Assembly (NCBI GenBank): GCA_002269645.1
Contig: NIVC01004353.1
Coordinates: forward strand, 1 to 49,123
Reading direction: 5' to 3'
DNA length: 49,123 nt
Origin: Macrostomum lignano
Lineage: Eukaryota
Shown: positions 21,326 to 34,229 of the stretch, one piece after another
Layout of the letters: the number at the start of each line of letters is the position of its first letter
Numbering within the stretch: the stretch's first letter is position 1
The notes under the pieces: generated by a model
What the model was told of the DNA's origin: nothing
The model's database searches: none
The model's input: the letters and a program-made list of their open reading frames with translations, nothing else
Made by a program: the position numbers and the translations under genes

Positions 21326-23218
21326 GTGGTGGAGACCGCAAGTTGTTACATTACTTGTTTATCATCGCACTCCATCTCCATGGACATAAAAAATACATGC
21401 CTAAAATCACAAATTCAATGCCTGTAGTTACAGTTATGGGGTCAGATGGACTAAATCCCATATTATTTACTATCGCAATCTTAGAGTGCTATTTAGACAT
21501 AACATCACTAAAAGGATAGAGAAAAGATAAAAAACGATACGTACAAAAGATTGAAGAACTGATAGCATGAACCGAAGCATCGAATAAAGATAGCTCCTAT
21601 CGCGTGCAGAAGTAGCTTGAATCAAATGTTTCGTTGCACTTATGCCACAGAAAGCAGTCAGTAGAGTCTAAGAATCGCAGCTACTATACTCATGGATAAT
21701 AGATGAAGGCCAAAGCGAACTCCGAGTTAGAAGCTTGACATGATTGAGCCGATACTGAGCATGCAGGGTTTGATTAGATATCGAAGGAGCCTATTAAAGA
21801 CAAAGCAGTATATAGGCTCCAATGCATAGGTAATAAAATCATCATAACATTGAATCCATAATTTATTAAGAGCTACAATAGTACTGGATCTACACTATGA
21901 AGAAAAATATAGCATATGATACACTATAATTGAAAACGGCTATTGAAAACGGTCATACTCGTAAATATAATACAAGGGTTTTAAACTGCCACAACGACCT
22001 TTTAATTGAAATTTAAGTCCTTTGTACGCTGTATCTGGAAGATTGGCTAAAACCTTACACCCAAGATTTCATGAGCAAAACTCTAGATTAATGTTGTGCA
22101 GCCTTGGAATCGAAGCAGCTCATGCCTTGACCGATCAGATGATGATACAAACGGATTAACAGTAGAAATAACAAGCCATTTTCCGCCCGTGGAACTAGCA
22201 AGGCAGTCCCCCTGACATTTTTGGAGACGCGATGAATAGGTGAATGAACGGAAAGTCGTCTTGGTTTATTAACGACCCCTTAGTAGCAAACTGAAATGCT
22301 AAGAAACGGACACAAGCAAGTTTCTGTTGTGTATGAGAGAGAAACTTTTCTTGCTCAAGTTCCGGATCGCAATTAGGGCCCTTCAGGTCAGTGGGCTGCA
22401 CGGGGACGAGAGAGTGGAGCTGGCTCTCTCGCCTGCCTTCGATACTTAGGGGACACTCGATCCCAGATTAGCGTCGAGAACCCCCCCCCCCGATACACTG
22501 TCCGCATAGCTAGCTCAGAATATAGTCTGACTGGCTGAGTGGCCGAGCGACTCCGGCCCTGTGCAGTCCCTGTCCAGCCCCATGCCTCTTAAGCTCTCCA
22601 TTCATGATCGAACAAAAATTCTGCCGTAATCCGATAGGAGGTCCCAAGCCGGAACCGAAGTCCCGTATATACTTTTTCTCCCCCCCCCCATAGTCTAAAT
22701 ACCACGTCAAACCCGAGTCCCCAAGGTGACACTTTTTTAAAGCCCGGATCTCTTCTCTGCTGCATCCTGCTTGGAGATGATGAGGCCCTAAACTAATCCG
22801 GCTAAGGTACGGGATTTGAGGCAAGTGACGAGCAACTTTAATGAAACTTGACTACGATGCAGACTTAACTAACGACTATGGCTAGAAATTCGCGTAAAAA
22901 GTGAAATAAAGCACAAAGAGTTCATGATTAAATGGCCAAAAGATATATATTTTCCTGACTCAAAGAGGTTGCTGAGCAAAAATGAAGAACAAAAACAGAA
23001 AACGAAAAAACACAGCAGCAAAAATGCAAAAGAATTATTTTTTAAAATAACTATTTTTTTAGAAAAAGCAACGGGAAAAACTTGTTTGCAATAAAATGCA
23101 GAACGATACATAACGGTAACAACTATTGTGTGGATTTGAAACAAAAAACAACAAGCAAAACACACCAACTTTGATTAGTTTTTGATTACCTACTTATTTT
23201 TAGTAATCTTGTCCATAC

Positions 23219-24067
23219 TCAGTCGCTCTCTTCGCTATCATCAGCATCGTGCGACAGACGAAAGGCCAGCCGAGTGCAGCGCCGACAATTGGCCGCCGCA
23301 TTCAAAGCCGGATCCAGCGCGTCCGGGCTCATCCAGGCGGCTAATTCCAGCAGCACGTCCAACGCGTCGGTGTTCAAATCCGTCAGCTGGCGTTCCAAAG
23401 CCTCCAGCTGGATGGCCAGGTTAGCCAGCTCCTCGCTAGCCTGACCATAGTAATCGCGCGGATCAGCGTTGGCGAAGGCGTCCAGCTGAGTCAGCTGCTT
23501 CCGCAGAGCAGCAGCCGCCGCCACCGCCGCCTGCCCGCCGGAAGCGGCGGTGGCTTCTTCGCATAGCGACAGCCAAGCCGACGGCAAAGCGGAATTAGCG
23601 GCCGGCGTTGCAGTCGATTCCGAAGCGACCGCAGGCGCCCGATTCGGTATCACCTCGATCAGGCGGTGGCCCGCACTGCCGCCGGCTGTTGAAGCCGACG
23701 CAGGCCCGGCCGCCGGAGTTGACTGGCGCGATATCGCCGCCGACGAGGCCTGCGACGACTCCGAAGAATCTGATGAAGATTCAGACGGCGACGGCGATTG
23801 CGATACCCTGACTGTGGAAGATGGCGCCGTTGACAGATTCGCCGTCGCGGCGCCCCGACGAGACACAGCGAAAGGCGATGCCATCAACTGCGGCGATGCG
23901 GCAGCGGCAGCGGTCGAGGTCGACGAACTCGGCCTAGTTGTAGTCGACGAATTGTCGCGGACGACGCGGGTTCGAGCAATTAGATCATCGATTCTTCGCT
24001 TGAAATCGGCCGCTTTGGGAGCTTGTGGTTGCTGCGGCTGCTGCTGTTGTTGCTGCCTCCAGTCCAT
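23219..24067 (-). CDS. Intronless orphan protein, 282 aa: Gln/Ser/Ala low-complexity N-terminal two thirds and a predicted helical/coiled-coil C-terminus
   Basis: Long GC-rich ORF with composition like the host genes. TTATTTTTTCAG acceptor 22 nt upstream of ATG. Heptad-like EELANLAIQLEALERQLTDLNTD. No family recognised. Confidence 0.7.
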   Translation of the reverse strand: MDWRQQQQQQPQQPQAPKAADFKRRIDDLIARTRVVRDNSSTTTRPSSSTSTAAAAASPQLMASPFAVSRRGAATANLSTAPSSTVRVSQSPSPSESSSDSSESSQASSAAISRQSTPAAGPASASTAGGSAGHRLIEVIPNRAPAVASESTATPAANSALPSAWLSLCEEATAASGGQAAVAAAAALRKQLTQLDAFANADPRDYYGQASEELANLAIQLEALERQLTDLNTDALDVLLELAAWMSPDALDPALNAAANCRRCTRLAFRLSHDADDSEESD

Positions 24068-27000
24068 TGCGGCTTCGTTCGTTTTTTGGCTGAAAAAATA
24101 ATAGTATAATCATAATGAAGCATTGGAAGACGAATAGGAAGTGACGGCATGGTAGGACGATAGGACGATTTCTACAAGCAGATTCTAAGCACTAAAAAGC
24201 TACTAGACACGGTGGGACTAAAGACTAAAGTGTGCTGCAAAATGCTGTGAATCTGCTATACACTTACACAGTAGGCCAAGCGATTCTTCAAGGGGTGCGG
24301 CAAGAAGCTTTTAGAAATTTAGAAAGGATTGGCGGGATGAATGCTGAAAAATGGGGGACGGCAAAAACGCCGACCTTGACAAGAAAATTCCGAAAGCACG
24401 CAGATGCGTCTTGCTTCTAGGAGGAAAAGACATTTTATGCGACGCATTTATTTCAAAGATAGGTAGATTCAAGCAGAGAAATTCTGCAATTAAGTAACAT
24501 TTTTCAAGACGAGGAGCTACGCCTCAGTCACAGTGGGGATACTTCTTCCTTGGGGTTAGTTAGCAAAGTAAAAAGCAAAACATGCTTGGTAAAGTTCACT
24601 TTCAAGGTTGCAAGGAGAGGAGAGGGCTGAAAATTTATGTATTTCTTGCATCGACACAGTAGGCCGAGAATTTCCCCGGAATAACGAAACCCAACTTGAG
24701 TTGAGAGCCCTTGAGGCGCCCACTTTAGTCCGGCACTCGGCTGCGAGGATGGCGAGCAAATTAAAAAGTGCGAATGCAATTCGAAGCATGTACAGCTGAA
24801 TCTGGGAGCCCTGCCCGGCATGCAAGACTCAACGTCTAATTGGAGAGGCTTCTCGAGTCGACTTGATTTTGCTGCATTGCAACAGTGTAGCTATCATGCT
24901 TTGCGAGACGTAGATTATCCACTCAGCCTGCCCCAATGGCACTTCTTAAACCTCTAATTCCTAGGCATTCGACAGTCAGGCACAAGTCTATTACTATAAA
25001 ATCTGGCACGGAAGGGTTGGAAACACGACAGCGAGTCAAGTGGAGTAGCATGTAGCACGAGGTTTGCGTGTGGTCTTCCTATATACCATCACTAATCTCC
25101 ACCTAAGTATGCCACTTAGGGATGGACTGAGAGACCGAGAGGATGAGGGTAGCATTGGCAAGATAGGAATACAGCTGCAGCAACAACTGGACACGTCATG
25201 GGACGCGACATGACCGGGCGGGGAGATCTGTTTAGGCGGACAAAACTCTGCATGGCCAGGGAATTCAACTGGTGGCAAATAGAAAGCAAAACGGGTGACC
25301 ACTCTGCGCGCCCACGCTTGCTAGCCTAGGGAGACGGGACGAAAGGATTGGAAAATATTTGAGGGAGGGGGCTGTGGCGCAAGCTGTCCCAGATAATGGG
25401 TCAGATATAGCATCGTCAATATATGCATAGGAACTTTGGGCGGGAACAAAAATGGAAGAAACCAATAGTGCACAGACATATTTAGTTAGAGGATCCATCC
25501 GGGTAGGGGCTTGGCAAATGAGGGACAGACAAGCCAGTCAGTCCAACTAAGAGGGGGAGACCAGAGGACCAAAAAAACTGTTTGGAGGGAAGCAGTGAAG
25601 CTTCCTCCTATCCACACCGTCCGGATTGTTGGGAACCGTGGAGGCAGCGTGGAGAGGAGAGACAAATCAGCATTCAAGGCCGGAGCGGACAGCCTATCAA
25701 TCGGCAGCGGAGGGATAGGGTGAGGACGAAAGAGCCCGATCAGCTTTCATGGGCTCACCTTTCCCCCTATAGCCCGAGACCCAACTCCTCCCACCAGCTA
25801 CTTCGCCATCGTCGAGCATCTCTCAAACTGCAAGCGACTGCGCTTAAGAAACGTCAGCCAACAGTGCGGTATTCATACAATTGGAAAGAGAATAAAAGCA
25901 ATAACCCTCCACCCCCCTTTGTATTTAATTTCATCCTTGGAACTGAAAAGGAAGGCAGTGGCTAATCGTGCAACAAGGAGACGACAAGTATAAAGCAGTC
26001 ACAAAATATCATCCAAGTTTCAAGCACGAATCAGGTACGAAGCAGTAGTCATTGCAGCTCACCGTAGAGTCTGCATTGAAAATTTACATATCTCCTCTAC
26101 ATATATCTCTCCGTAGGCTGCGCATGCTGATCGATTTGCCCTTGGTTTCCATCCTGTTGCACTGCGCTTCCTCTCTCGTTATTTGAGCCTGCGAGAAGCT
26201 GATTCCTCCCGCCATCATAAACATTCGACTCCATCTCTGCACTGAATTCATCGATCTCGCGACCGAGTGCACACGAAGTTTTAACGATTGCACTAAGGGT
26301 CAACCACAAACTTACCCTCCTGCATTTATAGACTGCGGAGCTAACGTCGCCCGCTAAGAGCAAGAGCAACAGAGGTCGCCACTTAGCCCCTGTCCACCGA
26401 CGGGAAAATCAGCAGCTCAGTAGATCGACCAACAGCGGCATCTGAGAAAACTATGCCAAATATTTTCGTGAAAGCCACAAGCGCAAAATAATCACCAAAA
26501 GTGGACACGAAATCGCGATGAAAAATTGTTTGATGCACGGACGGCTTGAAAAACTCGCTCAATCCATCTGCTGCCTTGTGTCATGAGATCAGCCAATCTG
26601 CTCCTTTTTCTAGGAACCATTGGATTTATAAATATTTGTGAGTATTATTAGCTGCTTCGATGAAATCATTCACTGCTTAAAATAGACAAGCTCATATGAA
26701 AAAAGGGGGACGTAGAGCGCATCCAAGCTAATATTTGGCTAGAGGCGCAGGGATCAAGACACAATTAGTGGCAGTGACACACGCTACCAAATTTGCATTA
26801 TATTTCTAGTTGAAAATCAGTCATATCTGGGCTATTCCGCAGTTTTGACATGCGGCCTCGTTCCGCTCACACGAGTTTGCAGCATCGATCAGTCATTTTT
26901 AAAGTGCAGCAGCGTTTGGAAGGGAGAATCATTTGATGCTCCTCCTGCCTCAGTTCCGCGGCTAGCACAACATGGACTACAGTAACGGGAAAAGGCAAGC

Positions 27001-27688
27001 AGAGCAAGGGAGCAAGCTCGCTTGTGTGATTTCGGTAGCAGCAAAGCAATCAAATCAGCTTTGCAGTCAGTCCGGCATATCCAAAGCCTTCGCTGGCAGC
27101 TGAGCGCATAGAGGCTAGGATGGGAAAGGGTAAAAGAGAAGCAAAGCTTTGCCCAGTCATGGACGGATAGTTAGAGACGGACGACACCGCGAGATCCGTC
27201 AAGGTTAATGACCGGATTTGGCTTGGAGGACGTCAGGAGGCACGCCCGTGTACCAGATGGGAATAAAGAGTACGGGTTGAGCAGGGGTTTTACATGCCCG
27301 TGTCGGTCGAGCGTGAGTCGAACCAGGGAGGGGGCGCTAATTTGACAAGACCAGCAGCGCCCAGACGGCCGACTTTGCAGGGAGAAGGAATGGGAAGGGA
27401 AAGGAGTCACCCTTACTCAAATTTCTTTTCGGATTTTTGTTCCGGACTGAATATTCTGTCTTCAGGGAAAAAACTACTGAGAAAGCCTTTGATAGACGAG
27501 ATTAAATATAGCAAGAAGGCTAAAAATCAATAAATGGATTACTATTGGCTCTTATAAATGAAGACACAAAATGCTTCACCTTCAATCATTATGCGTTATG
27601 TCGAATTTGAACTGAAAAATCTTTAAATTTTTTATCTTTACGGACTAAAGACATTCGATTCAATTGAACTATTACAGACGAGGATCTA

Positions 27689-28222
27689 ATGGGAGACGAC
27701 GATATCTCCCAGTTTGACGCGTCCGACGCAAAGAAACTGCAGAAAAAGTTCGGAGTCAAAGAAAAACGCTCTGCAATACGCAAACTGAATCCGCAAAGCG
27801 AGCTGAAGGAACACTTTGAGGATTACACAGAAGAGTTGGTCGAATTCTTGAAGCGGCCACTATTCCGAAGTTTAAGAAATTGCGGCAAAGTAAGCGAAAC
27901 TGGCTGCAACTGTCTAAAGCTGATCTGCTTCGGTCAAGCAGAATGTGTGCTCAATGTAACATCGACTAAACTGTCGGAAGGCAAAAAGAACAATGGACCG
28001 GTTCACCTGCCTGCGGACGATCCGAGATACGTTTATTACGTAACTAGCAAGCGACTGCGAGCCAGGCACAACAGTGGAGCGCCTTGGCAAGAACAAAATT
28101 CAGCAGCAGAAGCAGCAAGAGCTGCGGAAGAGAAGTCTGAGCGCCAACAGTTTCTTAAGTGCCGCCAGACGACTATTAATCCGTATGTGCTGTGCGACTG
28201 TAAAAAGTACACTAGACTATAA
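27689..28222 (+). CDS. Orphan 177 aa protein (basic, Cys-containing); possibly the terminal exon of a longer gene
   Basis: ORF with natural protein composition. TATTACAG acceptor 11 nt before ATG and AATAAA at 28252. No family recognised. Confidence 0.5.
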   Translation: MGDDDISQFDASDAKKLQKKFGVKEKRSAIRKLNPQSELKEHFEDYTEELVEFLKRPLFRSLRNCGKVSETGCNCLKLICFGQAECVLNVTSTKLSEGKKNNGPVHLPADDPRYVYYVTSKRLRARHNSGAPWQEQNSAAEAARAAEEKSERQQFLKCRQTTINPYVLCDCKKYTRL

Positions 28223-31200
28223 AACCTTAATTATAGCGACGGCGTAGATAGAATAAACAGTTTTCGATCCGCTAGGTGCTACACGTAACTTGAACTTGTA
28301 ATTATGTTACACTACAATACACCTGCTATACTTATTGCACAACTTCACAAATTAGTCAAGGCTATTTAAGCAATTACCTGTTTAAAAAGTGTTCCTTTCA
28401 ATACAGATTGCGCCAATGCTAGAAACTTATTATTGATATTATAAGCACGAAACAAAATATAAATAAATAATACTATTTTATCATTGATGTCAAATGTTGT
28501 ATGCAATGATATCCTTACATAAACACAAACTACGATTATTAGTGAATCATATTATTTTTTTGCTTTTAAATCTAATAGCTAATATTCTGATACACTGAAC
28601 TGGGGCCTCTCGCATGTGTAGACATGCTTAGAGTTTAAAGAGGCACAGTTTATCGCGATGTTGCAATAAGCGTAGCTCTAAATATCTTCCACTGCGCATT
28701 AGTCTAATTGCTTAAAGCAGTGAGTGCAGTATTTCGCATAAATCTATCCTCTAGAGAGATTGTCGGCCTACAGGGCCTATTCCACTTTGCAGATAGGTAA
28801 TTGTAGCTGAATTACGACCGTGAAACTGGAGCACACGAACAGCAAGGATGGATACGTAAATCCGGCAATTCGCCACAAGGCTTAGAGCAAATACTCCACT
28901 TTGCTGGCGTCGACGGCGACGCTCACAATGCATAGCTAATCTGGTTCTGAAGCCTGATTACTCCTCCCTTACTGGCCCACTTATCCCTAGCCAGCCATGC
29001 AGTTTCGGTAAATCGCTGAATGAGGTCCACCAGACCGAAAAAAACCCAAATGGGCTGAACCGATGTATTATTAGCAGACAGACGACAGATTGGAAGACAA
29101 GCAAGTTCACTTAGGAAAACTGCGGGAGATCTTTACAGTCGATAGCAGTGAAGACTGCATGTCTAAACAGATAGAAAGAAACACGCAAAATAATTTACAC
29201 GCGACAAATACAGCTGCTACTGTTAAAGAAGAAAGACTTTATTGCTTAAACTTTCCTGGCGGGTAACTTTTATTGAGTAGAAGCGCATGCACTAAAACGG
29301 GAAAAAGCAATCAAAAAGGAAAGTTCGTAGAATGCGTGGTATTTTCGTAGAAGTTGTTGTTAACTTTCAGCAATTCTATGCATCCAAAAAACTCTGTTGC
29401 TATGAATGAGATTAGTTGCTCACTGACCGTAACTCTTTGCTCCGTCGCAATCTTGCTAGTGAATCCAGGGGGAAAGTGTGGCATTCCTTATCATCACACA
29501 TTTGCGAACGGATTAAGTCGGCGAATTAAACCAGTCTTAACCGTTAAGCCTAGTAATTGAAAATAGGAATTCAAACTGACGGAATTGAGATGAAAAGTAT
29601 ATAAATATAAGGGAGCTAGCTGTCAACAAAGAATATGCACAAAATAGTAAGTCTCATGCCGAGTTATGCAGATCTCATATTGAATCGGGGAGCACTGAAA
29701 AGTTAAGAACTGCTGGATGAAAGAAGACGCGCTGGCGAAATCCCAGTTTAGCGAGAAGCCAAGTGAAACGAATCAGTTAATTAAAGACTGGCGAGGGAAC
29801 CACCTCAAAAGATTCAACTGCAAAGCCTTTGCTCCACCAAGTCCAATTATTGCACGAGACAGAGAGAGGAAGAGAGCACGGGCGCAACTAAACGGAAAAT
29901 GATGCACACGAGGCAGCAAAGCGAGCAGAAGCAGAGAAGGCTTGGATCGAAAGCTTAACCCAAGAAATTAAATACCTAGATAGAGGCAACAGACGGCTAG
30001 CTTTCAAGTTATTGAGTTGAATGAAGAAACGGAAAGAAGGAAAGCAATGTTTAACACAAAATCTAGCTGATGAAAATGCTAACCCTGATAAAATACACTA
30101 CTCACAGACCTATGGTACTTAGTTTAAAATTTGCATACGAATTTAGCGCTGCAGTGAGGGGCTGTAACTAAATATATATACAGGAGACTATACTTTGCTG
30201 CTTCCATTGCTTTATGAAAGAGATAGGAATGGGAAATAATCAGCTACCAAGCCCCGAGGCGATACAGTTGGTGATGGAAAGGTGTAAAAGTGCAATGATT
30301 GACAGTTTACTCTCTAAATGGAGAAGCCCGCCAGCAGGAAAGAGAATAATTTTGATAGCAAAAGAGGGCGAAAACAGCCCACCCAGTGCCAATGTCTCCC
30401 TGCATTACGGCTGTTTGCTATCAGCTAACTGTTGTGGAGGCAGCTCTACTCAGCTATAATGCTATTTACTCATCTCACACTGGCAATTCGGATATGCGAT
30501 TAAGAAAGCTTTTTCTGTCCACCATCGTGAGCTGTAACAGAAAAGCAGAACGAATTTTTTGGGGAAAAAAGTGTAAAAAATCCGGCAAAGAATGCAACTG
30601 TGTAAAACGGGAAATGTAATGGGCAATTCACTAGAGCTGCACTATTGACGGATCTAGCCAAAAATTCTTGTTCCGGGTGAGAAAACAGGGCAGACAGTAA
30701 CCTTACAATGTAGTATAGCTTTTGACAGCCTATCTGAGAATCCTCCATACGCTGCCTGCGAGGGGCCATGGCTGCATCTTCCTTTAGTCTATGGAACTGC
30801 ATGGACCACAAAAGCCAAAAAATGATAAAAAATAGACCATTTCAAAGATCTTTTTGGAGTCCAATAAAAGTTGCGAAATACAAACACTACTTATAGTAAC
30901 AAGCTAAGGAATCAAAACAATCATTCAATTTTTCAGCATCTAGACATAGGTCAGGCAATTTCAATAAAATTGGACATAATATACTACTGTTAGTGAGTAT
31001 CAATATGATATAAATTATGCTCAGAATTGTCAAGAATTGTCAACTGAATTTTAACTGTTAGCGTTAAAAGGATTTATTTACATAGTCAAAAAACGAATTA
31101 GCTTGTATATTTGAATTACTAAGATACCCTGGGTATTTAAGATAAGATTTAGATAAGATAAATTTAGTTTTTTTTATATCTTGCACTACTGCTATGATAA

Positions 31201-31943
31201 AGTCAATGGCAGGAGAGTAGTATATAATAATGATTGTAGAGCATTATATTACCATTCAGAACAATCTAACAATGCTATTCTATGCTATGCTATAGTTATA
31301 CTTAAATTTTTACCATTTTTAGCAATGATCAGATTTAGATACCAATATTACAAATAAGCTATGCTAGCAGATTGATATAAGATAGGAAACTAATACTAAT
31401 AGTAGGAGTGCCAAGCCATTTTTTAATCTATTTTAAACCATTTTTACTCTACTAACCTAATACTTTGTACTATATTTGCCAAGCCTTCAAGCTTTAAATC
31501 ATATTAGCACATTATTAGTATTGTTGTTTGCCATTAGTTTGTTTATATTAACATATCTATATCATCTGATAGTTCACTCTTTGGTGGCCTATTCTAAATG
31601 TGATAATTAAACTAACAATAAAATAAATTATTTAATAATCTATAGCCTAAGAATAAAATAAATAAGGTTTAATGTTATAATATTTGAATATTAGTCAGTT
31701 TAACAATACACTTTTATAATGCATAGGCCTTAAAGCAAAAGTTGGAAAAGCAATATATTATATACCTAAATTGTTAGGTAAGTCCACAGATACTATAACC
31801 ATAGATAGTTCACTCTTGTTTAGATTTTTGCAACTACTCTTTGGTTAGTAGTGTGAATGAACATAGATGCATCAAATGATCTAAAATAGGTAGCAAAAGT
31901 GATGTATTGTTGTTTTTGTGTCAGCTTAGTCACAAAATCATAC

Positions 31944-32177
31944 CTACATATAAGCTTTCAAAACATCAAAGTTGAGTTCACTCCCATTTGTGTTGCAGAC
32001 ACACAAGCCTCTTTTGCAACTAAGTGCCAGATCAATGAATTCCAGTTGAAGCAGATGTTGCCATTCACTAGCAACCATATGGTTGCTAGGAAAAATATGT
32101 AACCAAATGGGTATCACTTCATTTGATCTTATGAAAATTGAATTTTTGCACCTATAGGCACAGTAGTGCCAATTGCA
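31944..32177 (-). pseudogene. THAP-domain-like remnant, probably from a decayed DNA transposon
   Basis: Frame CNWHYCAYRCKNS...LHIFPSNHMVASEWQHLL...LCVC matches the THAP C..C...FP...W...C pattern, but the final His is missing. It ends TAG|GTATGA, followed by a 61-nt intron-like segment ending TTTTAG. Confidence 0.4.
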
Positions 32178-32781
32178 TCAAAATTCATTTTTGGAGCAAC
32201 TAGCAATTTTTCTTGCCATTTGCATGCTGATGCTTATCCAAAGAGTAGACATTTTTTGAGCCATAGACTATAACACAAAAAATGGCTTAACTCAATGCAG
32301 AGTGAAATATATAGTGTTTTATTATCTGTGGGTAAGTCTCCTTATTTATTGGTATTAAAATTATAATCTTAATATTATTATTATGGAAGATCCAAAATTT
32401 CCCTCCCAATAGAAGAAGAATAGTAGTCTATAGTTTTAAATTATTTATATATTAGCTTAAATGCAATGCAAATGCAAATGCTATCCATGAGCATAATTTT
32501 AGCTAAGGCCTATTATATAATATTGTTTAACACAAAATCTATCTAAAAAAATTTATTACAATTTCTAAATTCATCATATGATCAATAATCTTGTTTTCAG
32601 TCACATATTTTCTTACCTTTATAAATTTGTCTTTTAGGCTATATAAGCTGTTGAAACCCGCAGATTTTGAACCTGGGGAACTCCATTCTGTGGAATTATT
32701 TTTGCATGTTTTCTAAAATCTGAGGTCAAACTCAAACAAAAACTTGTTCATAGTTAGGATAGAGTTTAACATAAGAGTATA

Positions 32782-34098
32782 TGAGGGGTGATCAAAAAGT
32801 TCTGCAACCTTTTGTTATAGCTTTTAGTTATAGAATCGGCAAAAGCCAAAAACTTACACATATGCGGCTATATCTGTTTGCTATATTTATATGCATTTTT
32901 GGCTTCTAAATGTGCTCCAGTAAAATTTCACAGCCATATATTTTCCATGTGTTTTCAGTAGCTGATGGAAACATTAAAAGACAGTGTTCGCTTCTATATC
33001 TTTATGTGCATGCAACTTGGTTGCAAAGTGACTGAGATTCATACCAATCTGGTGAATGTTTTAGCTGACTCTGCTCCATCATTTGACATGGTTGCCCACT
33101 GGCTGCACCATTTCTTGGAAGGCTGGGACAGCTTCAACAATGAACCGAGGTCTGGCCAACCCCGGACATCCGTGACCGAAGATGGTGTCGCCCATGCCAA
33201 TGCAATAATTTGTAAGGATTGGAGCATTATGCTGAGATTCCTTGCCTATGAGCTGGGTTTCAGCTATGGAAGTGCTTATAACATCATGCATGAGCAACTA
33301 GGCCGCACAAAGACCTGCACTTGGTGGGTACCCCATCTTCTCACTCTGGAGTAGCAAGCAGAGAGGGTGCACATCTGTTGCTTGTGGGTGCAAATGTTTG
33401 AGCCCCACAGCCCACAACGACTGTCGGATGTCATCACAGGAGACGAATGTTAGATCTCTTTCTTTTACCATGAAGGATAAACAGTCCAACATGGTCTGGC
33501 TGGCAAAAGATGAGCCAAGGCCTGAGGTGCTGAAGACCAGATTCCATAGTCAGAAGTGGATGTTCACCATTTTTTTCAACTTTCAGGGTGTTGTATTGGT
33601 GAACATCCTTCCAGCGGGTGCCACAGTGACTGCCAGGTACTACACAGACATTGCTCTGCCAGGCGTGCTGCAGGAGTAGCAGGAACGTGTGCAAACTAGG
33701 CATGGACCTCGACTCCTACTGCACCATGACAATGCGGCACCGCACAGAGCGGCCTGAACTATGGCGTACCTGGAGCAGCAGGGGGTCTGGCTGCTTCCCT
33801 ATCTATCCTACTCTCCAGACCTAGCACTGTGACTTTTGGCTATTCCTGAGTATCAAATCCATCATTTCTGGGAGGCTGTTTTCATGCATGCAAGACCTTG
33901 CCCAAGCGGTACATTCAGCTCTACAGGGTATACCAACTTTGGAGTACCATGACTGCTTTCAGACATGGTGCACACACATGCGACAGTGCATAGATGGTGG
34001 TAGAAAGTACTTTGAGAGAATGTGACACTGATTAGATGCCTTGGCTGCTGTAGCACTGAGTTGTGAGGTCACTTGCAGAACTTTTTTATCACCCCTTG
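32782..34098 (+). mobile_element. Full-length (1317 bp) inactive mariner transposon, D,D34D class
   Basis: TA flanks at 32780-81 and 34099-100. TIRs (T/C)(G/A)AGGGGTGAT(C/A)AAAAAGTTCTGCAA. The transposase pseudogene from 32965 has HTH EPRSGQPRT, WVPHLL, ITGDE, HHDNAAPH and YSPDLA motifs with stops and frameshifts. Confidence 0.93.
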
Positions 34099-34229
34099 TA
34101 CATTTGTATAAAATTAGGATTTGAAGCAAGCATTGATATTGTTGGCTGGGGTGCTGCACAGAATGTCAGGCAAACTCTGGCTTCTACCTCTGCCTCTCCC
34201 TATGTCCCTTGGATCCTTTGAAACCTTTA

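Noticed and set aside
23550-24101. Antisense ORFs overlapping real genes (also 14648-14959, 46851-47267, 5379-5772)
   Set aside because: Expected shadows of GC-rich coding sequence on the opposite strand.
25412-25429. YAYIDD as a reverse transcriptase catalytic motif (minus strand)
   Set aside because: No upstream RT motifs in frame, and a stop lies about 40 codons before it. Probably chance.
28750-29560. Alternative genetic code (TAA/TAG as Gln) for the dark block
   Set aside because: TGA stops also interrupt the frames, other segments show near-random stop density, and no recognisable protein emerges on recoding.
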